64,000 nucleotides of DNA, from IMG/VR virus record IMGVR_UViG_2875555210_000001, one strand, 5' to 3'. Position numbers and translations under genes: made by a program. Origin of the DNA: a virus (Duplodnaviria > Caudoviricetes). How positions within the stretch are numbered: position 1 is the stretch's first letter; every line of letters begins with the position of its first letter. The notes beneath the pieces were generated by a model, which saw only the letters and a list, made by a program, of their open reading frames with translations, searched no databases and was not told the DNA's origin. Shown one piece after another: positions 56,942-64,000 of the stretch.

Positions 56942-58426
56942 CTACCTCTGACGCGCTAGAACGTCTCTGACCTGCGCAAACGACTGCCGGCCTAGGAACT
57001 TTCCGTTCTCCCACACAGGACGGAGCAAGCTCGCCTTCTCGTCCTCAATCGTGGCGTTCTGCTTGAGCGCCAGATCGCCCCAGATGTTCTCCAACACCGA
57101 CAACCGGCCCGTAGCGGACTTCTTGGTCCCGTCGTCGGTCACCGGATTCTTGAGCAGGTTGTAACCCTTGCCGTCGACCTCAGCCCACGTCGCTTTCATC
57201 GCGGACCCGAACGTGTCGCGGGTGTTGTACTGGTACGTGTACGACCCGACGCCAAACACCACGTTGGACGACGCGTAGCCCAGCTTCTCCATACGCGCAG
57301 TGATGCTCGCAGCGCGCTCAACCGTGATTGAGTCGCCGTAAATCACACCGACGTGCGGATCAAGCTCAATGAACCCGGCAGCGTTTTTCTTGCCGCCGAA
57401 GTGCTCGTAGAGCAGCCCCAGCACGCCCATCCACTCGTTAGAGGAAACTGGCGCGTCTGTATCGCCACAAATGATCTTCTCTGGATCGCCAGAGTCGGGC
57501 CGGATCACCAGCTTGCCGTCCCGCGCCATGATTTCCTTGCGCAGGGTCGGCAAATAAGTATTCAGCACGCGCCAAAGATCGAACGTGTCACTGACAACGC
57601 TAACGATGCCGGACGGGTACAGGTCCAGCAGCCGCTTAAACGTCTCAAGCTCCCCGACCGTCTCAATGCCGGTACACATAACCGAATGCTCGGTAGCCGG
57701 AACTGACCCCGCCACGTAATCGCCGCCGTAGTAGCGGTCGATCCAATCCAGCGACACCAGCGAGTCCGTACCGGTAAAGCTCAGCAGATGAGCCGCGCCC
57801 GACGCCGCCGCGCTCTCATGCGACGACATGCCCCGGTATGAGAAGTCATGGCACTGCCAGTCGACGCCCGCCAGGTCCGCACCGGTCCGCAGAGCCGCGC
57901 TCTCAAGCACCCGCCGGTACTGCTTAGCGATGGTCGCGCTCGTGCTGGCCTGCCACACCCCGGCGCTAAGGCCGGTCTCGATGTAGTTGGTCAGCCAGTA
58001 GAACGACTCGTGGGTGTTCTCCACCGTGAACGACGGCACCCCGATAGGCACTAGCGTCCCCTCAGGCACCGCGCAGAACCGCAGCGGCAGGAACCCCAGC
58101 CCATGCAACTGCCGAATATGGTCCGACCCAATCGAGTGGGCTACATCCGGCCCGAGAATCTGAGCAACGCGCTCCTCGTAAAGCGCTGCAACCTCATTCT
58201 CCTTAGCCGCGAAGAACGGTTCGAAAGCCTCCATCAGGTGCTTAGCGATGTAAGCCTGCAACCCGAAATGGACGACCTTATCGACGCCCGGCAGCCGAGA
58301 CTTGCGGTTGGTGTAATTGGAGTAGACCCGCGTCACGTCGCCGCTAAGCGCGTACTGGTCGACGTGGCCCAGCTTGTACGCGTCCGTCTCGAATAGCGCC
58401 GCGACCGGCGCAAATTTCGTGCTCAC
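56942..58426 (-). CDS. nicotinamide phosphoribosyltransferase-like (Nampt; probable Namat)
   Basis: TDAYKLGH, HDFSYRG, PATEHSVM, SVVSDT, IRPDSGDP, YGDSIT, KKSATG. Confidence 0.92.
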   Translation of the reverse strand: MSTKFAPVAALFETDAYKLGHVDQYALSGDVTRVYSNYTNRKSRLPGVDKVVHFGLQAYIAKHLMEAFEPFFAAKENEVAALYEERVAQILGPDVAHSIGSDHIRQLHGLGFLPLRFCAVPEGTLVPIGVPSFTVENTHESFYWLTNYIETGLSAGVWQASTSATIAKQYRRVLESAALRTGADLAGVDWQCHDFSYRGMSSHESAAASGAAHLLSFTGTDSLVSLDWIDRYYGGDYVAGSVPATEHSVMCTGIETVGELETFKRLLDLYPSGIVSVVSDTFDLWRVLNTYLPTLRKEIMARDGKLVIRPDSGDPEKIICGDTDAPVSSNEWMGVLGLLYEHFGGKKNAAGFIELDPHVGVIYGDSITVERAASITARMEKLGYASSNVVFGVGSYTYQYNTRDTFGSAMKATWAEVDGKGYNLLKNPVTDDGTKKSATGRLSVLENIWGDLALKQNATIEDEKASLLRPVWENGKFLGRQSFAQVRDVLARQR

Positions 58427-59286
58427 CCTATCCCCTTAAGGTCAACCATTGCCTGGTGCATGTAGGTAAATGTCGGCACAATCGACGTAGCGACACCCAC
58501 TCGGTTATGGCCGGGGTGAGAGTCTGTCGTCATAATGCGCCCGTAGTAATTGCGCAGATTGGTAGCGGCCCCAGAGAAGATGCCGTGGGTAACCCACAGG
58601 TCGATATTCTCCTTAGGGAGGAACGTGTCATGCGACAGCATTAGGAAAGTGCTACCGCCGTCGCAGATATCGTCAACTACCAGGTACTTCCCACTCTTGG
58701 GCAGGTTGGGCACCTTAATTTCGTAAATCTGGCCGGTGTCAAAGTCGCGGTCCTTCTCGGCCACATACAGGTCCAGCCCGTATTCCTTAGCGACCGCCTC
58801 GGCCCGATCCCTCGCGCCCTTATCTGGCGCGATGATGCCGTCATACCGCCAGTGCCCCTGGCTCTCTAACGCCCTATTCAGCAGGGGCAGAGGATCAAGC
58901 GGACAGATGTTCCTGACCAGCCGGTTAGCGACCGGCGAATGCGGGTCAATGACAATGACGTGCTCCGCATACGCGCAGTTGTTGATCATGTCCGCATACA
59001 CCCGCAGACCGAACGGCGTCCCCCGGTCCGCGCGGGCAGCCGGAAGGTACGGCAGGAACAACACGAACGCCTGGCCCTGTTGCGCAGCGTGGTCGGCCAG
59101 CAACAGCGCGGTTACCAGGTCGTCCGTACTCGCGCCCCGAACGTCCGCAATCCACGTCACGCCCTCCAAGTCCAGAGGCGACAACATGTTCTTAAGGTGC
59201 AGCTCCCCGCCGGGGAACTTGAACGGCTCCGCAGCCGCGTTAATGGTGCCTAGTTTCTCCGCATAGACCTTTAGATGAACGGCCAC
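58423..59286 (-). CDS. ribose-phosphate pyrophosphokinase-like (probable Adps)
   Basis: FPGGE, PYLPAARADR, DPHS, APDKGA, VDDICDGGSTF, THGIFS. Confidence 0.9.
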   Translation of the reverse strand: MAVHLKVYAEKLGTINAAAEPFKFPGGELHLKNMLSPLDLEGVTWIADVRGASTDDLVTALLLADHAAQQGQAFVLFLPYLPAARADRGTPFGLRVYADMINNCAYAEHVIVIDPHSPVANRLVRNICPLDPLPLLNRALESQGHWRYDGIIAPDKGARDRAEAVAKEYGLDLYVAEKDRDFDTGQIYEIKVPNLPKSGKYLVVDDICDGGSTFLMLSHDTFLPKENIDLWVTHGIFSGAATNLRNYYGRIMTTDSHPGHNRVGVATSIVPTFTYMHQAMVDLKGIG

Positions 59287-59411
59287 TTGCCCCCCAGCCC
59301 TAGAAACTTGGAAATGTTGTAGACCAGGTGTGACTTAGCAAGCTCGTCCACGGTCTCGTCGTCCAGCACTTCCCCTATCGGGTTCTCGTAGTCCTCGTCA
59401 GAATTAGTCAC
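59271..59411 (-). CDS. small hypothetical protein
   Basis: GAGGA RBS, GTG start. Confidence 0.45.
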   Translation of the reverse strand: MTNSDEDYENPIGEVLDDETVDELAKSHLVYNISKFLGLGGKWPFI

Positions 59412-59509
59412 GCGGGTAGTCCTCCTCGTCGTCGTAACCGCCCTCGCAGCGCTCACAAGCACCGTGGCGGCATCCATAAGTCGACTGGCCGCAACCTGAA
59501 CAGCGGTCT

Positions 59510-59764
59510 CTAACTGGCGTAAACGTGCTCACTCGGGTACCTCCATTGCCCCGCCGCGAATACCTCGATTACCTGTTCACGCTCAGCCCACTTAGCGCAC
59601 TCGTTAAACACCGGACACTTGTCACACAAGAGCCGCATTTCAACGTGGTCACGCCAGCTAAGCGTTTCGACCCGACCGGTAAAACGGTCGTCGTTATCGC
59701 AAACCGCCTCGTCTTGCCAACGCAGCGGCTTACCTTCCATCAGGGCCTTAATATCAACGCTCAC
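59510..59764 (-). CDS. divergent WhiB-like protein
   Basis: WQDEAVC...CDKCPVFNECA.WA...VFAAG. Confidence 0.7.
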   Translation of the reverse strand: MSVDIKALMEGKPLRWQDEAVCDNDDRFTGRVETLSWRDHVEMRLLCDKCPVFNECAKWAEREQVIEVFAAGQWRYPSEHVYAS

Positions 59765-61026
59765 GTGATCCTCTGGTAGTGGCCCTCGAAATTCAGAGCC
59801 AGATCGCCCATTCGGCCATTCCGGTTCTTACCGATGATCATTTGGATAATGCCGGGATCGTCCTCGTCGTTATGCAACAGGAGAACCACGTCGCTATCCT
59901 GCTCAATCGCTCCCGACTCGCGGAGGTCCGCAATAGTCGGCGCACGCGGCTTACCGTCCTTAACGGGACCGCGATTCAACTGCGCACACTGGACCATCGC
60001 CACGTTAAGCTCACGCGCCGCAATCTTTAGCGACCGCGACATGTGCGACACCTGCTGCTCGCGCGAAACCTTGCTATCGGACGGCTTAACCAATTGCAGG
60101 TAGTCAACGACTACGACGCCCAGGTTTCCGATTGCCCGACAGTGAGCCACGATCTGCTCCGTGGTGATCGTTGCCCGGTCCACGACCTGTAGCGGAATGG
60201 CGTCGTTCAGCTTAATGAAATTGTCGATCTTCTCGCGGTCCGTAAGGTCCAAGTCCTTACGCATGATCTTTGAGAAGTCGACGCTCGACCCGGCAGCCAT
60301 CAACCGCGAAGTAACCTCGTCGGTCGACATTTCCAGCGTGAAGAATGCGGACGGGAAACCCCAAAAGGCTGCATTGCTCGCTAGCTGCAATGCAGCGACA
60401 CTCTTTCCGACGCCCGGCCTGGCGGCAATGGTGTAGAGCCTGCCGCGCTGTAGCCCACCGTTCAGGCGTGCATTGAGCGCTTCCCAAGGTGTCTTGATAT
60501 AGCCCTCTGCGGTTGTCTGCCAGTGTTCCCAGGACGCGATCATTTGCCCGAACTCGAGCGCCCGGTCGTCCGGCTCGTGTTCCTGGCGGAAGAACTTCTC
60601 ACCCTCCCCCATCAGGCAGGCAACGTCGTCGGTCGTCGTGGTCTCGGCGTAGGCCAGTTGCTTAAGCCGGTTGCCCAGCTCAGCCATGCGCCGGAGCTTG
60701 GCCTTGTCGAGAACCATCCGCGCGTACGCCTCGGCGTTAGTAGCAGTAGGCGTGTTCTCCATGCAGGTCAGAAGGTACGGTGCCCCGCCGATCCTGCGGA
60801 GCTGGCCGCGCGTCTCTAGTTCCTTAGCGACGGTCATTGCGTCGACAGCCTCACCGGCTGCCAGCAGGCCCATCGCCGCCGCAAAGATATCGGCGTGGAT
60901 CGGACGGTAAAAGTCCTCGACCGTGATTAACGTCGAAAGCGTGTTAAGCGCCTTAGACGACAAGAGCAGCGACCCAATAACGCACTGCTCGGCAGTCTGA
61001 TCATTAGGTGGCTGTGCCTCAGTCAA
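59761..61026 (-). CDS. dnaB: DnaB-like replicative helicase
   Basis: ARPGVGKS, VDYLQL, AQLNR, DLRESGAIEQDSD, KNRNG. Confidence 0.97.
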   Translation of the reverse strand: MTEAQPPNDQTAEQCVIGSLLLSSKALNTLSTLITVEDFYRPIHADIFAAAMGLLAAGEAVDAMTVAKELETRGQLRRIGGAPYLLTCMENTPTATNAEAYARMVLDKAKLRRMAELGNRLKQLAYAETTTTDDVACLMGEGEKFFRQEHEPDDRALEFGQMIASWEHWQTTAEGYIKTPWEALNARLNGGLQRGRLYTIAARPGVGKSVAALQLASNAAFWGFPSAFFTLEMSTDEVTSRLMAAGSSVDFSKIMRKDLDLTDREKIDNFIKLNDAIPLQVVDRATITTEQIVAHCRAIGNLGVVVVDYLQLVKPSDSKVSREQQVSHMSRSLKIAARELNVAMVQCAQLNRGPVKDGKPRAPTIADLRESGAIEQDSDVVLLLHNDEDDPGIIQMIIGKNRNGRMGDLALNFEGHYQRIT

Positions 61027-61703
61027 GCTGCAACCCTTCCACGGAGTTCATTCAGCCAATCCCGTTTAGCGCGGTCCATCCAAACCCGACGCTCACTCAC
61101 GTCAAGGCCATCCGGCGGAACGGGAGGCGAGAAGATATATCCGTAAGCCTTAAGCGGCGAAACCTGCCCCGTCTTAAGGCACTCAGTGATCGTGTTCCTA
61201 AGTGTGGCCGCGCGCTGCGCCTCTTTCTGCGCCTCACTAACCAAGCTGGGCAGAATGCCCGGCCCGAAGTCCTTAGCGAGCCAGAGGTTAAGCGCACGTT
61301 CCAAAATTTCTGGGTCGATACCCTCACGCAGCAGCTCAGCCGTCTTTTTGACTAGCTGTTGCCGGATAGCGAACGGGTGGGATTCCGGAATTACCTTCCG
61401 GACCAGCTTGCCCGCCTCGGTGTTCGGCTCAACGTCGTCGTTCCAGTGCTCGTAGTCGTTGAACTGAATGCCGATGAACTCGCCGTCCTTATCGACCCTG
61501 CGCCAAAGCCTGGCTTTCACCAGTGCGTTAGCCTCGTCGCGTGTTCCCAGCTCTAGGGCCACATCGCGCGGGACGAACCCGCCGGATCGGTTATCCCGAG
61601 TCCACGCGTTGGCTTTGACCCAAAGGCCAAGCGCAGCGTTACCGGCCTGCTTAGCCTTTGGGTGGTCCCAGAACTTCCGGTGGATTTTCCCGAAGTCGCT
61701 CAT
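61023..61703 (-). CDS. putative replication initiator / hypothetical protein
   Basis: FWDHPK...A.GLW motif; immediately upstream of dnaB. Confidence 0.55.
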   Translation of the reverse strand: MSDFGKIHRKFWDHPKAKQAGNAALGLWVKANAWTRDNRSGGFVPRDVALELGTRDEANALVKARLWRRVDKDGEFIGIQFNDYEHWNDDVEPNTEAGKLVRKVIPESHPFAIRQQLVKKTAELLREGIDPEILERALNLWLAKDFGPGILPSLVSEAQKEAQRAATLRNTITECLKTGQVSPLKAYGYIFSPPVPPDGLDVSERRVWMDRAKRDWLNELRGRVAA

Positions 61704-61933
61704 CCCAGCGGGAGGCCCCCGAAGCCGATGCCGCCGGTCGACGGGTCCAGGTGGATACCGCCGCCCAGGTCGATACCGATACCGCCCTTAGGGCTGATAA
61801 CGAAGCCTGAGCCGGAGTCGCCGGAGCTGGTGCCAGAGTCGGTGCTGATCCCGTTCTCAGCGCTCGGCTGGCACGCGGTCATAGCTAAAGCCGTCCCGAA
61901 TGCTGCCAGGAGCACCTTGAGGTTTCTCGACAT
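61700..61933 (-). CDS. putative lipoprotein
   Basis: MTAC lipobox; Gly-rich GIDLGGG tail. Confidence 0.6.
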   Translation of the reverse strand: MSRNLKVLLAAFGTALAMTACQPSAENGISTDSGTSSGDSGSGFVISPKGGIGIDLGGGIHLDPSTGGIGFGGLPLG

Positions 61934-62243
61934 GCTGAATCCCTCCATCGTTGGTTAAGAGAACCCACGTCGACCCCCGCCAAAGCAGGGGAATCTCAGC
62001 AGGGTTTTGCCAAGGGCGCACATGCCAGCCCTGCGTTTCCGCTTGGGCTGGGTGGTGCTCAATCCATCCGTGGCAGCCGGTCGTACCGTGACCGCACACC
62101 AGGACGCAGTTTTCAGCCGTCCACAAGCCGCCCTGAGAGCGTTTGAGGCGATGGTGAAGGGTGAGGTTGCCCCACCGGGTACATCGCTCACAGAAGCCCT
62201 CAGAGCGGACCTTGAGTAGACGGCGGCATTTCGCCTCAGACAA
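61857..62243 (-). CDS. HNH endonuclease
   Basis: CERC..LHHR..RSQGG....NC..VC......CH. Confidence 0.8.
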   Translation of the reverse strand: MSEAKCRRLLKVRSEGFCERCTRWGNLTLHHRLKRSQGGLWTAENCVLVCGHGTTGCHGWIEHHPAQAETQGWHVRPWQNPAEIPLLWRGSTWVLLTNDGGIQHVEKPQGAPGSIRDGFSYDRVPAER

Positions 62244-62306
62244 GGGCTAGGACGAACAGGATGAACACGACGGTCCAAACCACCGCCCACACTTGGGAGT
62301 CATCCA

Positions 62307-62666
62307 TTACCACTCACCCCTGCCTGCATTCGCATACGCCTGACGCACCGAAGCGCCCACCGAACGAATAGCGTCCAACTTCGAGCTAAGCGCCCGGTTG
62401 TTGTCCTTCGCGTACTCGTAAGCGACAGCCCACGCGTCCCGCTCATCTTCGGCGGTCATGACTTCATCAACGATGTTCGCCGCGACCTTTTTCTCAGTCT
62501 GCGGACCCTTATGGGCCATGAACGCCCGAGCGTAAGCACGCTTATATGCGCGCTCCGTTTCTAGCTTCTTCTCGTGAGAATCCCGCGCCGTGATAATCCC
62601 TGCCGAGATATCGTTAACGGTCGCTAAGATGTCCTGCTCTACGGAGACCGGATTGTACTCACTCAA
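62307..62666 (-). CDS. coiled-coil hypothetical protein
   Basis: 119 aa. Confidence 0.65.
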   Translation of the reverse strand: MSEYNPVSVEQDILATVNDISAGIITARDSHEKKLETERAYKRAYARAFMAHKGPQTEKKVAANIVDEVMTAEDERDAWAVAYEYAKDNNRALSSKLDAIRSVGASVRQAYANAGRGEW

Positions 62667-62675
62667 CGTTCCCCC

Positions 62676-62948
62676 TTACTTGACGAACTCAACCGGCAAA
62701 GGAATGCGCAAAGCCAGCGCGATAGCTACGCGGTGGTGCCCATCCCAAACCCGCTTATCGGGGCCAACCGAAACCGGTTTAGTGATTCCACCCGACGAGA
62801 CAACCTCGTCAAGCAGCGCCAAGGTACGTGCCTGGTCTGCCGTCCAGAGGTATTGCAGCTCGTTAGGCCAGCCGTGGTCGCTATCGCCGGGCTGGTAAAT
62901 GCCGATGAACGTGTCCGCATCGAACACCTGAGATTTGACATCGCTCAA
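62676..62948 (-). CDS. stand-alone ParB/Srx-like domain protein
   Basis: GITKPVSV.....WDGHHRVAIA..L. Confidence 0.65.
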   Translation of the reverse strand: MSDVKSQVFDADTFIGIYQPGDSDHGWPNELQYLWTADQARTLALLDEVVSSGGITKPVSVGPDKRVWDGHHRVAIALALRIPLPVEFVK

Positions 62949-63145
62949 AGCGCCTGCCTCGGTTCCAGATTCCAGAACCGGCGCGAGTCCCCGTAATCAA
63001 GACAGCCCTCGCACACCAGCTTGTGATCGTGCGAACCGACCGCGAACTCAGCCTCCTTAACGAAGCAAAGCTCACACGGAACCACGATGCCCTGTGGAGC
63101 GTCGACCAGCTCCACAGGGATACCTGCAATCGTGTTGTTGAACAT
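62945..63145 (-). CDS. small Zn-finger protein
   Basis: CELC...CEGC. Confidence 0.55.
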   Translation of the reverse strand: MFNNTIAGIPVELVDAPQGIVVPCELCFVKEAEFAVGSHDHKLVCEGCLDYGDSRRFWNLEPRQAL

Positions 63146-63900
63146 TAGACGGTGACCGCCCCTGTCTCTAGAAGGTTCGTAAACGCCGTGACCTCTTCGG
63201 CAGTGGCGTCCTTAAGCTCCCGACCCTTGTTGTGCTCCGCGAACTTGTTAGCGATGCCGTTCAAGTCCCAGCTCTTAGCGGTCGCCAGCTCACGCAGCTT
63301 CGCGCGGGCCGTAGCGGAATCCGCGTTCCCGACCGGCGCGGGAGGCTGCATCCGCGCGGCGGTAGCCGGAGTGGCCCGCTCATGCGACTCAGCGTCAGGG
63401 TCCGGATCGTCCGTAGGAATCATCAGCGATTGCAGCAGGAACGTCCGCAGCGCGACCGATTCGGCCTTAGTCATCGACTTATCGCCGGAGTCGGCAGCTT
63501 CGCCGTACGCCTTACCGTCGAAGTAGTCACCGGCAGGCCCATACACACGGAAACCCATTTCCACGGTCCGGTTACACATCTGACCGCCCTTAGCGGTCTG
63601 GTAACGCTCCGCGTCATGAGCGCGCGCCTGAGGAACAACCGTCACGCCATGCGCGCGCAGCGCCGGGCCAACCGCATTCATTACCGCGTCGATGCCACGG
63701 AAATTGAACTTCTGGCCCTGGTTGTACGAATCCTTGCGAATGGACTGCACGTCCCGCATGACGAGGTTCCACGCCTCAAAGACGGTGGGGACCTCGGACT
63801 TGTCCCACTGGGGAGCGTTCTTAAGCTCCTCCTCAAGGGACTCGATCTTGGCGTCGGACTCCGCTAGCGCGGTCTCCAACTCAGCTTTGGTTGCGGTCAA
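63145..63900 (-). CDS. ERF family ssDNA-annealing protein
   Basis: KDSYN...FNFRGID...GEAADSGDKS..KA.S.A.R..L..IPT.D.DPD. Confidence 0.88.
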   Translation of the reverse strand: MTATKAELETALAESDAKIESLEEELKNAPQWDKSEVPTVFEAWNLVMRDVQSIRKDSYNQGQKFNFRGIDAVMNAVGPALRAHGVTVVPQARAHDAERYQTAKGGQMCNRTVEMGFRVYGPAGDYFDGKAYGEAADSGDKSMTKAESVALRTFLLQSLMIPTDDPDPDAESHERATPATAARMQPPAPVGNADSATARAKLRELATAKSWDLNGIANKFAEHNKGRELKDATAEEVTAFTNLLETGAVTV

Positions 63901-64000
63901 CTACGCCCCGTTCTTTGCCTTGGCCCACACCACGGACTGACGACCACTCGCCAGCCGCTTACGCGCGCCGGTATCCACCACAAGCCCCTGCCGCACCAGC
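63901..64000 (-). CDS. partial CDS (3' end), winged-HTH-like
   Basis: LVRQGLVVDTGARKRLASGRQSVVW; truncated by the window edge. Confidence 0.45.
   Translation of the reverse strand, partial: LVRQGLVVDTGARKRLASGRQSVVWAKAKNGA

Noticed and set aside
61955-62290. ORF starting MGGG as a fourth MGGRG protein
   Set aside because: It lacks the RG, starts at GTG and overlaps the HNH gene in another frame.
1-64000. Integrase, repressor and attP/attL/attR
   Set aside because: No recombinase motif is present in the window; the cassette probably lies outside it, so prophage status cannot be confirmed.

Overview
About 64 kb of a temperate siphovirus mycobacteriophage that resembles Cluster L, given in reverse orientation with its two genome ends joined in the middle of the window. 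A candidate cos sequence (TCGATCAGCC on the minus strand) lies at 31019-31028. Positions 30.9 kb down to 2.4 kb (minus) hold the full packaging, head, tail and lysis operon. Positions 1-2.3 kb (plus) hold Lsr2, a nucleotidyltransferase and membrane genes. Positions 31.3-41.7 kb hold mostly plus-strand early genes (AAA ATPase, two VWA-like paralogs) behind repeated promoter/operator motifs. Positions 41-45.2 kb hold a 12-tRNA cluster. Positions 45-64 kb (minus) hold replication, RNA-repair and anti-defence genes (ERF, DnaB, three WhiB, RusA, SSB, RNA ligase, Pnk, ClpP, HicA, and a PRPP-synthetase-like plus Nampt-like NARP1-type pair). The best candidate for an undescribed system is a DUF4417-like enzyme together with three otherwise unrelated small basic proteins that all begin with the N-terminal tag MGGRG. 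One of them has an ADP-ribosyltransferase-like motif and one is gene 1, next to cos and terminase. All family assignments come from motif recognition, not database searches.
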